Source: an uncultured Methanoregulaceae archaeon (lineage in GTDB: Archaea > Halobacteriota > Methanomicrobia > Methanomicrobiales > Methanospirillaceae). Taken from it: 64,000 nt of DNA. The stretch covers positions 576,001 to 640,000 of the forward strand of contig OY970343.1 in NCBI GenBank assembly GCA_963717525.1. The letters run 5' to 3'. This document shows, piece by piece, positions 42,613 to 53,585 of this stretch (the first letter of the stretch is position 1; each line of letters opens with the position of its first letter). Made by a program: the position numbers and the translations under genes. The notes beneath the pieces were generated by a model. It searched no databases, was not told the origin of the DNA, and saw nothing but the letters and a program-made list of their open reading frames with translations.

Positions 42613-43299
42613 ATGACCGATCCAGAACCTGTAAAAGAGGAGATTTCAGAAGAGGCTGCCGGCCCGGTAGACGAGACTATGGATGTGCCGGCAACCACAA
42701 CCAGTGACGAGGCAGGATCACCCGCTGTGGCGGCACCGGATACTGCATCGGAAAAGAAGCGCAAAAACGTGCTGATCACGATCGGAGTGGTCGTGGTCAT
42801 CATCATCGCGGCTATCGGTGCATTTGTCCTTCTCTCAGGCCCCGTGGCAACCAAAGGAGACACCGTGGCGATCTTCTTTACCGAGTCCTTCGATAACGGT
42901 ACCGTGTATACCACCAACATGAATACCACCGCGCCCGTGGTCTTTACCCTCGGGAATTCCAGTGTCATTTCCGGTATCCAGAACACAGTGACCGGTATGC
43001 GGCTGGGCGATACAAAGACCGTGGATCTTCCCTATACCGAGGCCTACGGTCCATACGACCCGGGCCTGGTCCAGACCATCAACCGCACCGGCCCTATCGC
43101 AAATACCACTTTTACCCCCGGCGAATATTATACGGTATATTACCGGCCAATCAACGCCTACAGTACCGTAAAGATCCTTAATGTTACAGACAAGACCATC
43201 ACCTGGGATGCCAACAACCCGCTGGCTGGTGAGAACCTTACGGTCACCATAAAGCTGGTTAACATTACGCCGGTAAATTTCACTGCGTCATCGGCATAA
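42613..43299 (+). CDS. membrane-anchored FKBP-type (SlyD-like) peptidyl-prolyl isomerase
   Basis: TM helix then GDTV, P..F.LG...VI.G, AYG.YD, DAN.PLAG..L. Confidence 0.85.
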   Translation: MTDPEPVKEEISEEAAGPVDETMDVPATTTSDEAGSPAVAAPDTASEKKRKNVLITIGVVVVIIIAAIGAFVLLSGPVATKGDTVAIFFTESFDNGTVYTTNMNTTAPVVFTLGNSSVISGIQNTVTGMRLGDTKTVDLPYTEAYGPYDPGLVQTINRTGPIANTTFTPGEYYTVYYRPINAYSTVKILNVTDKTITWDANNPLAGENLTVTIKLVNITPVNFTASSA

Positions 43300-43415
43300 C
43301 CGGCTTTTCCGACCTATTTTTTCGTTCTTCTCTTCTGTTTGTGGTAAGATAATCCGGATCATCGCATGTGCTCCGGTGTAATTATCAAAAAAGAGCCTTC
43401 TTCTCCTCTCTTTGT

Positions 43416-43928
43416 TTACGGCCCCGGGCCATCCGCGGGGCCGGGTGTCTCCCCGGCCTCTTCTAGGGTCACGAGATCCCCGATATCCTCCACCTCGTCT
43501 TCAGTGCACCATACTTCTATGGTGGTTTCGGTGCCGGCAAGATTCTCTGCATAATCACTAGCCGTTGACCCCGGGGCCATCACAAGCCGGCGGGCCGGTT
43601 TTCCGGAAGAGAAGAACCCGTAGATCCGCCGGAATGCCCATGGCTTTGCAAGGATCGCGGTGCGCTCGTAGTAGATGTCCTGCGCGAGATCGCGGGTGCA
43701 GAATATCCCGGGTTCGACTTCAAAGAGGGCCTCCCGCACGTAGCGCCTGAGATACCAGCGCAGTTCAGAAACAAGCGAGAGGGCGCTGCCCAGCGATGCA
43801 ACCGCGATCGAGACGCCGCAGGGCACTTTTTTCGGGTGGTAAAAACGGAGCGCGAGGCGGCTGGTCTCGGAAGAATAGAAGGTGTGGTGAAGATCGGTGC
43901 CTTCCCGCTGGATCAAGAGAATATTCAT
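43416..43928 (-). CDS. conserved euryarchaeal protein (DUF5804-like)
   Basis: SETSR.AL.FY, SLGSALSL..EL.WY..RY pattern. Confidence 0.65.
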   Translation of the reverse strand: MNILLIQREGTDLHHTFYSSETSRLALRFYHPKKVPCGVSIAVASLGSALSLVSELRWYLRRYVREALFEVEPGIFCTRDLAQDIYYERTAILAKPWAFRRIYGFFSSGKPARRLVMAPGSTASDYAENLAGTETTIEVWCTEDEVEDIGDLVTLEEAGETPGPADGPGP

Positions 43929-43974
43929 CCGGGCTCTCCATGCACCCCGTCACAGCACCTGCTGGTGCCGGGGT

Positions 43975-45144
43975 TCAGGTATACATCCGGGTATCGGTGG
44001 TCGATTCGGCCCTGACCTTGTGCACGGCATCCACAAAGTCCTTCATCTCCACCGAATTGGCATCCCTGCGCACCGCCATCATGCCGGCTTCGCGGCAGAT
44101 TGCCTGAATCTCAGCTCCCGTCGCCCCTTCCGTCGTGGAAGCGATGGTCTCAAGGTTGATATCGGAGAGGTGCATCTTTTTGGTGTGGATTTTGAGGATC
44201 TCAAGCCGGGCTGTCCGGTCGGGCAGCGGGATCTTGATCAACCGGTCGAACCGGCCGGGCCGCAGGAGGGCGGGATCGAGCATGTCCACCCGGTTTGTCG
44301 CCGCCATGATCCGGATATCGCCCCGGTTGTCAAAGCCGTCCATCTCCGCAAGGAGCTGCATGAGCGTCCGCTGCACCTCTGCGCTGCCGCTTGTCCCGTC
44401 GTTTGTCCTCATGCTCCCGACCGCGTCGATCTCGTCGATAAAGACAATTGCCGGTGCCCGTTCGCGGGCAAGCGTGAAGAGCTCGCGGACAAGCCCCGCC
44501 CCTTCACCGATGAACTTGTGCACGAGCTCGCTCCCGGACATGCGGATGAACGTGGCCTTCGCCTCGTGGGCGACCGCCTTTGCGATCAGGGTTTTCCCGG
44601 TTCCCGGTGAACCGTAGAGCAGGATGCCCTTGGGCGGTTCGACCCCGATCCGCCGGAATATCTCGGGTTTTGTGAGCGGGTATTCCACGGCCTCCCGCAC
44701 CTCCTTGATCTCATCGGTCAGCCCGCCGATCTGGGCATAGGAGATCTCCGGTGACTCCTCCAGTTCCATCACCCGGACCCGGGAATCGTATACGTTCCCG
44801 ATCACCTTGACAATGGAGAGCGCGTTGTTGACTGCCACCTTGGTCCCGGGTTTTAAGAGCGGCCGGAGTTCATCGGATGCATGGGTCAGGTACTCCTGGT
44901 TGTTTCCCTGCTGGCGGAGATAGATCTCGTTGTTCTCCAGAATATCGATGATCACCGCAACAAAAAGCGGCATGCGCTTGAGCTGGTTGTTCTCCCGTTT
45001 CAGCTGCGCATTTTCCTTCTGGAGATCTTCGGCCCTGACCTTCTGTTCAAGGAGCGCCGCCTCGAGCTCATTGACCTGGATCTGGTATTTGAGTTCGTTC
45101 TGGGGCGATACGTTGTCGACCGAGGTCTCTTCCATATTACTCAT
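43975..45144 (-). CDS. pan: proteasome-activating nucleotidase, copy 2
   Basis: IGGL, GSPGTGKT, KFIGEG, VFIDEID, RPGRFDR; ends MYT (HbYX). Confidence 0.95.
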   Translation of the reverse strand: MSNMEETSVDNVSPQNELKYQIQVNELEAALLEQKVRAEDLQKENAQLKRENNQLKRMPLFVAVIIDILENNEIYLRQQGNNQEYLTHASDELRPLLKPGTKVAVNNALSIVKVIGNVYDSRVRVMELEESPEISYAQIGGLTDEIKEVREAVEYPLTKPEIFRRIGVEPPKGILLYGSPGTGKTLIAKAVAHEAKATFIRMSGSELVHKFIGEGAGLVRELFTLARERAPAIVFIDEIDAVGSMRTNDGTSGSAEVQRTLMQLLAEMDGFDNRGDIRIMAATNRVDMLDPALLRPGRFDRLIKIPLPDRTARLEILKIHTKKMHLSDINLETIASTTEGATGAEIQAICREAGMMAVRRDANSVEMKDFVDAVHKVRAESTTDTRMYT

Positions 45145-45173
45145 ATATCTTTATCTTCAACCATTTATGTGGT

Positions 45174-45588
45174 GTGATTTTGATAATCGTCGGACGCAGC
45201 ATTTCCCGGGGCCGGGGCGCGGGCAGGCTGCTCGTAAGCCCAGAACCGATATCGTTCCTCTCGGGGGTTGATCCCGAAACCGGGATTGTCATGGAGAAGG
45301 GCCACCCGCTCGAAGGAACTTCAGTAGCAGGAACTGTTCTCGCGTTTCCCTACGGTAAGGGATCGACCGTGGGCTCGTACGTGATCTACGCCCTTTCGCG
45401 GAACGGCCATGCCCCGGCTGCCATCGTGAATACCGAGGCAGAGCCCATAATCGCCACCGGGGCGATCATCGGTAATATCCCGATGATCGACCGCCTGTCT
45501 GTCCCGATTGACCGGTTGAAGACCGGCACGCAGGTAAGCGTCGATGGAGACAAAGGGACGATGGAGTACCGAAGGGACGCCTGCGTAG
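45174..45588 (+). CDS. DUF126 / aconitase-X swivel protein (putative phosphomevalonate dehydratase small subunit; frameshift at about 45570)
   Basis: ISFL.GVDP.TG, GKGSTVGSY, VDG..G; removing one C gives ...MEYEGTPA* at 45588. Confidence 0.85.
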
Positions 45589-45620
45589 TCAGGAACTTAC
45601 GAAGCAGGCGATGCACTTTT

Positions 45621-47216
45621 TCACTGCCCGTTGCCGATACTGGGTGTGATCACTTCCACATTCAGGTGCTTCCCAAAGACCTTCTCAAACGCCCGCTGCT
45701 CAGCCTCTGCGCCCCAGATCTCCAGCTGGCAGTCGTTCTCTGCGATGATATCGAGGATGACCTCGGTCTTCTCCACCCGGGCGAATTCCGCGTGCTGCAC
45801 GAACCCTGCATGGCTCCTGTCGAGGCTCTCGGAAAGACGGATAAACATGGCAAGGACGAGCACCATCTGCTGCTCATGCGAGGGAACGTCGGGGAGGTCG
45901 AGATGTTTCTTCCGCGGTTTCTTCTTCCGGTGGAACCGGGCGATATTGGCCATGATGTCGATCTCTTTCTGGTCAAACCCGAGCAGTTCGGAATTCTTTA
46001 TGATATAGTAAGAGTGGGCATGGTGGTTGGTAAAGGAGATGAACGACCCGATGTCGTGGAGGAACGCGGCATATTCGAGAAGCTCGCGCTCCCAGTCGCC
46101 ATAATCATGCAACCGGATCTCCTTTGCCGAATCAAAGATCTCAAGTGCAAGCCGGGTCACGTTCCGGGCATGCGCCTCGTTGATCCCGCAGGACCTGCCC
46201 AGCTGGAGCACACTTCTCTCCCGGGGGGAGAGTGTTCCGAAGAGAGGGAAGTCTTCCATGCGCGAGAGGTAGTCCATCAGCATACCGTCCTGGAGCCCGC
46301 GGCTGGTGGTGGTTATTGATTCGAGCGAAAGTTCCTTCATGAAGGTATCGAGGATCACCGCCCCCGCGATGATAATATCGGCCCGTTCGGCATTGATCCC
46401 GGGTACTTTCCGGCGCTCTTCGAGCGGGAGCGCACAGAGCAGGTCGATGGCTTTTTTGAGGTCGCGGTACGTGAGCACACCGACAGGAACGCCCTCTTCG
46501 GGATGGAGTGCCTTTGCAGCAATGTCAGCAAGGTTCATGATGCTGCCGGAACTTCCTACCGCCAGATCGATCTTCTGTTTTTTAATCTTCTGGATCGTGT
46601 GGATGATGGCATTTTTCACGTACTGCTGGACGATCTTGTACTGGTCCGGGCGAACGGGTCCTGCGGGATTCTCGGAGAAGAACAGGTTGGTGAGCCTGAT
46701 TGCACCAAGCCTGAAACTTTCGAGCATTGCAAACTGCTGCTGGCCGCCGAGTGAGATCTCGGTGCTCCCGCCGCCGATATCGATAAAAAATGCCTGACGC
46801 TCGCTGAGGTGCAGTCCGCTTGCAACCCCGAGATAGATCAGCCGTGCCTCCTCAAGCCCGGAGATCACCCGTACATCAATCTGCGCGTCGTGCCGGAGCC
46901 GGGTAAGCAGGACATCCTGGTTGGTGGCCTCGCGGGCAGCGGAAGTGGCCACTGCGACAAACTCCTCAGCGTTAAATGTCCGGGCAAGATCGACAAATTT
47001 CCGGCAGACAACACAGGTGCGGTCGATAGCTTCTGGAGTGATTTCTTCGTCGTCGAACTCACCCTCTCCGAGGCGTACCTGCTGTTTCTGCCGGGTGAGG
47101 ATACTGTAGGAGTGGTTGGGGTTGAACCGGACCACAAGCATCCGGACCGAGTTTGTCCCGATATCGATAAAGGCAACAATGCGCCCGGCAGCCCCGATCT
47201 TCTTTTTGGACTTCAT
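45621..47216 (-). CDS. ppx: exopolyphosphatase Ppx/GppA with C-terminal HD domain
   Basis: IDIGTNS, ATSA.REA.N, EEARL, DIGGGSTE, RADII.AG, LHDIG. Confidence 0.94.
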   Translation of the reverse strand: MKSKKKIGAAGRIVAFIDIGTNSVRMLVVRFNPNHSYSILTRQKQQVRLGEGEFDDEEITPEAIDRTCVVCRKFVDLARTFNAEEFVAVATSAAREATNQDVLLTRLRHDAQIDVRVISGLEEARLIYLGVASGLHLSERQAFFIDIGGGSTEISLGGQQQFAMLESFRLGAIRLTNLFFSENPAGPVRPDQYKIVQQYVKNAIIHTIQKIKKQKIDLAVGSSGSIMNLADIAAKALHPEEGVPVGVLTYRDLKKAIDLLCALPLEERRKVPGINAERADIIIAGAVILDTFMKELSLESITTTSRGLQDGMLMDYLSRMEDFPLFGTLSPRERSVLQLGRSCGINEAHARNVTRLALEIFDSAKEIRLHDYGDWERELLEYAAFLHDIGSFISFTNHHAHSYYIIKNSELLGFDQKEIDIMANIARFHRKKKPRKKHLDLPDVPSHEQQMVLVLAMFIRLSESLDRSHAGFVQHAEFARVEKTEVILDIIAENDCQLEIWGAEAEQRAFEKVFGKHLNVEVITPSIGNGQ

Positions 47217-48827
47217 GTGATCACCAGCGGTTTTCCAAATACTTCAGCGAAGAGATCGCTCTTTCTTGTAGCCCGGGCCTTCTCGGTCGCTGCGTCCCCG
47301 GCGCAGGTAAGTGTGCAGAGGACGTCGGCTGCGCGGACTGTGCAGGAAAGACCGGTCACGTTTGCGGCATGGAGGTAATCAAGCCCGTCAGCCACCCGGA
47401 GGAGTGCGGCGAGCGCGCGCACCCGCTTCTTATCGGCCGGCACAAGAATGGTAAAGAACCCGTCCGGGCGCGCCTGCATCTTCCCCCCATGGAGCCCGGC
47501 AACGAGAGCGACAATCCCCTGCTCCCGGACCGGTACCGGAAGGCCGGGTGAGGCGAGGATCATCTCCGCGCTCTTTTTCTGGTGGCCGGCCTGCCCGTGG
47601 AGCCAGCCGATGTCGTGCACGGTCGCGGCATAAGAGAGGAGGGTGCGGTCGCGGCGGGAAAGGCCGTGAAGAGGTGCCAGTTGGTCGAAAAGCCGGAGCG
47701 CAAGCGCCATAACTGTACGGCTGTGGGCCAGGTGATCCGGTGCCACGGCAGCGAGCCGGAGAAACGCCTCACGCTCCTCTTTTGCCGGAAGAGAGCGGCG
47801 GCTGGAGAAGGCTGAACGCTGCCCGGTGAGCGCTGCTGATGACAGGATCTTCCAGAAACCGGTCCGTACAAGACCATCCCAGGTCCCGGACAAACTGCCG
47901 GTACAGCCGGGCCCGGCGTTTCTCGCGGTTGACCAGCAGCCTCCGGAACGGAGCCACAGCAGATACGGATGGCCCGCCCTCACCCGCATCGGGGTGGCGC
48001 CGGGACCGCTGCCTGACGATCGCAAGCGACATCTGTTCGATCCAGACGTCGCAGTCATGGATGTCGCCTAGGAGATCCTGGAGCCTCTTTATCCGCGCGA
48101 TGGGTCTGGCGAGACTGCGCCGGTAGAGCGGGGCATAGGCTTCGAGCGTGTACCGCAGTTTCTTTGCAGCGATCCGGAGCGCGTGGTGCTCGAAAACCGC
48201 ATCAGGGTTGTGTACGAAGGGTTCATACTGGTGAATGGCTTGCAGGCGCCTGCCGACCCGGCCGGCAGCGACCGGGAGGACCCCGGCATATCGTTCCCTT
48301 TTCTTTCTCTTTCCAATTTCAGTGGGCGGGGCACATGCAGCCCGGAGCGATGGGAGAACCTGTGAGTGCTCCAGCTCGTCCAGCACTGCGATCACCTTTT
48401 TCTGGAGGATCCCGCGCTGCTTCTGGAGCCGGGCCAGGAGGGTACCAAGGGGGTCACCGGAATGCGAGGTATCTTCAGGGTTTTTTACGGGGACATTCTG
48501 GGGTATCGGGGCTGCCTGTGATTTGAGGTATTTTTTCAAAAACGCGATCTGGACATCCGTGTCCCGTGCAGCCCCGAGTGCGCGGGTGATCTTCTTTATC
48601 TCGCGCAGCCAGAGCCGGTACTCCTTTTCCGGGAAGCACTCAGCAAAAAGGGGGAGCGCGGCACGGAGCCGGCGGGAAGCCACCCGCATGCGGTGGACAT
48701 GCTCGATATCATCGTCCTCCCGTACCCCGGCAATCTCTGCCGAGAGTACGTCGATAAGCGGCAGCAGCCTGCCTGTCCCGAAGATGCAGGGCCCGGGCAC
48801 GGCCGCTGCCGGTTCAGGGCCCGGCAT
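47213..48827 (-). CDS. CHAD-domain / HD-domain fusion (frameshift at about 47888)
   Basis: H.MRVASRRLR, LG.ARD.DV, H.LRI..KKLRY, LQD.LG.IHD; second frame gives HS..V..LA..LFD, HDIG, LRVADGLD. Confidence 0.85.
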
Positions 48828-50915
48828 GGTACCAGATCCCCTTGTGGTCGAGGAACCAGGACTGGGAGTTGACCGGCGATTCGCCCAGGGCGGGGTGTTT
48901 CCGCTCGTATGTCCCATCGCCTTTCATCAGCCGGAGCTGCTGGTTGTCCCTGAGTTCGGTATCGAGAATAATGGAGAGCAACGCTTTCTTGATCGCTGGG
49001 TCGGTGACCGGGAAGAGCACCTCCACGCGCCGGTCGAGGTTACGGGGCATGAGATCAGCGCTCCCGAGCAGCACGTCATCCTCTCCGTTGTTCCGGAAGT
49101 AGTAGATCCGTGCGTGCTCCAGAAAGCGTCCGACAATTGCGCTGACCGTGATGTTCTCGCTTGCGCCCGGGATGCCCGGCCGCAGGCAGCAGATGCCCCG
49201 GACCTGGAGATCCACTTTAACCCCTGCCTGAGATGCACGGTACAGCGCGGTAATGCACTCGTAGTCCACGAGCGCATTCATCTTGAAGATGAGGTGGCCG
49301 CCGCCATGCTCCCGGTGGTTTGCGATCTCCCGGTCAATGCGGGAGATGATCGTAGATCGCAGCGTCACCGGCGCTACGGCAAGTTTCCGGTACTGATCGA
49401 AACGGGCGTAGCCGGTCAGGAAGTTAAAGAGGTTTGCCACATCGTCCCCGATATCCCGGTCGCAGGTGAACATCCCGAAATCTGTGTAGATCCGGCTCGT
49501 GGTCGCGTTGTAGTTGCCGGTGCCGAGGTGCATGTACCGGCGGATACCCCCTTTTCGCGCCGGACAACCATACAGAGTTTCGCGTGCACCTTGAGGCCGA
49601 CGACCCCGTAGACGACATGGACGCCGGCACGTTCCAGTGCCCGGGCCCAGCCAATGTTGTTCTCCTCATCAAACCGGGCCTTGAGCTCGATCAAGGCGGC
49701 CACCGCTTTCCCATTCTCCCTGGCCTCCATGAGCGCCTTTACGATGGGCGAGTTGGAGCCAACCCGGTACAGGGTGATCTTGATCGCAAGAACGCCAGGG
49801 TCATGGGCCGCCTGCCGGATAAAATTGATCACCGGCGAGAAGCTGTCGTAGGGATGGAAGAGGAGGATGTCCTTTCGCTGTATCGCGGAGAAAATGTCTT
49901 TTTCCTCGGCAAGCTCCGGCGGTACCGATGGTTGGAACGGGATGTCTTTCAAGTCGGGACGGTCGAGGGAGAGGAGCTCCATGAGATCGGCCATACCCAC
50001 CGGGTGGCCGATCCTGTACAGCATGTGGGAGCTGGTGCCAAGTTTGCGTTCGAGCATATGGCAGGTGCTCTCATGCATCGAACAGTCTACCTCGATCCTC
50101 ACCGGGTACCCCGGGCCCGCTGCTCCATGATCTCTTCGACAGTGGTCAGGAGATCGGATGCCTCATCGACTTCAATGTCGAGGTCTGCATCACGGGTGAT
50201 CCGGAAGGGGGAGGCGCCGACCACTTCGAGGCCGGGGAAGAGCAGGTCGAGATGTGCGGCGACGAGATCTTCGAGGTAAACGAGATGTACCTGCTTATCG
50301 TCGCGCCGGCCGGGAGGTTGTGTGTCCGGAATCCGGATAAGCCGGGGAAAGAGACCGGTAGGCACCTTGATCCGGGCAAAGAGTTCCTTTCCTTTCGGAT
50401 CGCGGATGGTGATCGCAAGGTTAAGCGAGAGGTTGGAGATAAAGGGAAACGGGTGGGCGGAGTCAAAGGCAAGCGGGGTGAGTACGGGAAACACTTCCTC
50501 GACAAAGAACGTGCGCAGGGCTCTCTTCTGCTCTTCATCCAGCTCACCATATTCATGAATGAAAATACCGGCTGCGGCAACCCGGGGAAGGATCTCGTTG
50601 CTCCAGCATTCAAACGAGAGATCAAGTTCAGGAAGAAGCGCCTTTTCTATCGCAATGATCTGCTCGGATGCCGTCATCCCGTCAGGAGGCGCCTTGAGCA
50701 CACCCTTTGCGGCCTGCCGCTGGAGACCGGAGACCCGGATCATGAAGAATTCGTCAAGGTTGTTGGCAAATATGGAGAGGAACTTCACCCGTTCGAGGAG
50801 CGGGTGTCGTTCGTCCCGTGCCTCTTCCAGCACATGGTGATTGAACCGTATCCAGTCTCAGTTCGCGGTTGATGTAAAGCGAGGGGGAATCGAGCGTTGG
50901 TATGTCATCGGTCAT
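48814..50915 (-). CDS. ppk1: polyphosphate kinase 1 (three 1-nt frameshifts at about 50856, 50106, 49548)
   Basis: YINREL, NLDEFFM.RV, HPFPFISN, HPYDSF, KARFDE.NN, KVHAK, GTGNYN, GRFLEH.R, SADLM.RN. Confidence 0.93.
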
Positions 50916-51070
50916 AAGATCACCGGCAGGTCGCACAGAGCATCGTTTCCGCATATGGTAGTACTCTGATGATAGGCATGCCGGGCTTATCAATCCTGCA
51001 CCCGGCAGGAGACCTATTGAGGGCACCAGAGAGTACGGTCAGGAGGTCGGTGAGGGATCATACGGGCCCC

Positions 51071-51243
51071 GTGATCGGGCACATAGCGATGGGGGCTGTC
51101 GCCCCCAAAACCCCCGTTTCGATACATGCCGCCGCCCCCGAAGGGGCGCCCCCGCGGCGGATCAGTAACCAAAGACCGTTAAAACTCCCTTGCCCCGCCG
51201 TGCCCCGGAGGGGCCCTGAGGCGGGAAGCCATCGTTCATTTTT
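51071..51243 (+). repeat. GC-hairpin repeat family B, copy 1
   Basis: Colinear with 52509-52706; 19-bp exact match cgcccccgcggcggatcag. Confidence 0.85.
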
Positions 51244-51390
51244 GATTGGTTTTATCGTGGTACGATCGGTGTTATCTTCGATTTGTTTTTAAAATGAAGT
51301 GAAGTCCGATATTATCAGAAAGAGTTTCGTCCTATTTCAATAACATCCCCATTCCAAGCCTTCATGCTGCACAAACGGCCATGTATACCC

Positions 51391-52047
51391 ATGACCGATG
51401 CCACGTACGGCGCAAAGCTCCAGCGCGACGGGAAGTCCTACGCGATCCAGACCCGGATCCCGGCAGGTGTCGTCACGCCGCACGAGCTGGAGACCATTGC
51501 ACGGGTTGCAAAAAAGTACACCATTTCCCTTGTCAAGATCACCTCCGGCCAGCGGTTCCTACTGGTCGGCGTGCAGGAGAAGGATATTGCGGGTGTGAGA
51601 AAGGAGCTGGGACCGCTGGGGACCGCATCCATCACGCCCAGCGTCCGGTATGTCCAGTCCTGTCCGGGTATTTGGTACTGCAAGAACGGCACGCAGGATT
51701 CCATCACCCTCGCAAAAACGATCTCGGATGAGTACGCCGGGCAGGATTTCCCGGCCAAGATCAAGATCGGTGTCTCGGGCTGCCCGCGGTGCTGCAGGGA
51801 GAGCCGGGTCCGTGATGTCGGTATCATGGGAACCACTAAGGGCTGGACCGTAACCTTTGGCGGGCACAGTGGTTTTAAGTCCCGGCAGGGTGAGCAGGTT
51901 GCCACCGGCCTGACATCAGAAGAGGCAATGAAGTGTGTCCGCTCACTGCTTACTCATTATAAGGCTCATGCAGAACCCAAGGAGCGTTCCTCCCGGTTCA
52001 TCGAAAGGGTGGGGACGGAGTGGATCGGGGAGATGAAGAAGGAATAA
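51391..52047 (+). CDS. nitrite/sulfite reductase-like half protein (4Fe-4S/siroheme-binding type)
   Basis: LQRDG..Y.I..RIP.G, KITSGQR, SCPG...CK.G.QDS, K.KIGVSGCPRCC. Confidence 0.88.
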   Translation: MTDATYGAKLQRDGKSYAIQTRIPAGVVTPHELETIARVAKKYTISLVKITSGQRFLLVGVQEKDIAGVRKELGPLGTASITPSVRYVQSCPGIWYCKNGTQDSITLAKTISDEYAGQDFPAKIKIGVSGCPRCCRESRVRDVGIMGTTKGWTVTFGGHSGFKSRQGEQVATGLTSEEAMKCVRSLLTHYKAHAEPKERSSRFIERVGTEWIGEMKKE

Positions 52048-52508
52048 TAGGATCAAAAGGAGCGTATCGTCGCAAAACAGGGGCATCTCTTCACCCGGGG
52101 GGCCCTCTTGTTGTTTTGGAATGGCTCCGGTAGCGGATCTCAGGCATTTCCGGAAAAAACGATGCCGCTTTCCCTGCCCGGGAACCCCTTTTATTTTCGG
52201 GCCATAGTCGCGTTTCCAGCCCGCACGGCATCTCGCGTGACCAGTTTATCATCCCCTTTTTCGCGATGAAAGGAACGCGGCTAAATTGCACGGTTTTTTC
52301 CTGATTTAAATGGTTATTTTACGAAAATATCGATTTATACCAAGAATTTTGTCGGGCGTTGGCACCATTTCCACTGGAGCACTCCGGGAGAGGATCCATC
52401 ATAATAATCTCTCCGTCGGAGAAAGGATCCGGTGAGACATCAGGTCCGGATCCATCCCTCCTAAGGGTCCTGCCCGGGTTTGATATCCATTTAGGCAATT
52501 CCCTTCTG

Positions 52509-52706
52509 GTGATCAGGATGATGAGAGCTGAAGCCCCCATACCCCCTTAGCGATGCACGCCGCCGCCCCTAAGGGACGCCCCCGCGGCGGATCAGAAAGA
52601 TGGATCAATCTGCACGTGAGTGACCCGCAAAATCAGGTGCAAGAAGTCCCTCGCCCCGCCGTACCCCGGAGGGGCCATGTGGCGGGGAGTCCTCGTTCAT
52701 ATTTTT
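52509..52706 (+). repeat. GC-hairpin repeat family B, copy 2
   Basis: Same blocks as copy 1 plus a longer central spacer with a tgcac/gtgca stem. Confidence 0.85.
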
Positions 52707-52764
52707 CAAACGTTTTTTTCTTTCCGGTCCTGCCGGTTAATTGAGAATCAGAACCGACTTTCCT

Positions 52765-53443
52765 TCACCCGTTAAAATTATGGTACTTATAGCAATTATC
52801 GATAAACTCCTGCTTCCGGTGCTCGCTTGCATTCACCGGCGGTTTCAGGTACCCGACTTGTGGGGTCTGCTTCGCCGGGCAGAACGGGCAGAGAGCGGCA
52901 TCCACATCATTGGCCTTTTCACGGACCGGGCAGTAATACACACCGTCAATCACCTCGACCCGATCGCCTCCGGGAAAACGCATCCCCACCGGGTGGCCCG
53001 GCTCCTGCCGGACAATCATGCAGAACCCGACAAGCAGGAATTTCAGGAAACGGAGCCTGATGTCCCCCGTACCGGCCCTGCACTGCTCACCCACCATCTT
53101 CCAGTACCTCCCTCTCCGGATCAGTCAATGGTTCTTTTATCCGCGCAAATGCGCCCTGCTGGTCCATGAGCCGGATGTTCTGGAATGTCCCGAGCAGGTG
53201 GCCGGTGACTGCCGCTTCGAGTTCCTCACGATACTTGGGGGAGACATCCCGGATCGTGTTCCCGAAGTTCTGCATCATTTGCCGGATATCGCGGGAGGAG
53301 TACAGCAGCACAATCCTCGCAAGGGCACTGCCGAGTTCACCCCGGGTCCGGAGCGCAATAAGCCGTGCACAGTCTTTCTGTATGGCAGCGGCGACTCGCT
53401 CTGGTGACCCACTTTCCACGCTATACAGCGTATCTTCGTTCAT
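52765..53443 (-). CDS. DUF2115/UPF0305-like methanogen protein (frameshift at about 53107)
   Basis: PGHPVG..FPGG..V....YYCPV..K...ALC.FCPA.Q. Confidence 0.82.
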
Positions 53444-53585
53444 GGCTCTCTCTGCTCTCAATTTACTATCCCGTACTTTATCCGGCCGGGGCATGTAAGA
53501 TTTATGGTGAATAGTGCGACCCTGCAGCCTGCCGAACGTTTTAATAGTCTGCTTTCCTAGTTCTGTAGCATGGTGTCTGCCATGA

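Noticed and set aside
45589..46319. Long C-terminal extension of the DUF126 ORF
   Set aside because: Read-through caused by the indel at about 45570; it is antisense to ppx
50099..50101. In-gene TGA in ppk1 as a recoded (selenocysteine) codon
   Set aside because: Homology continues in a different frame, so this is an indel rather than read-through
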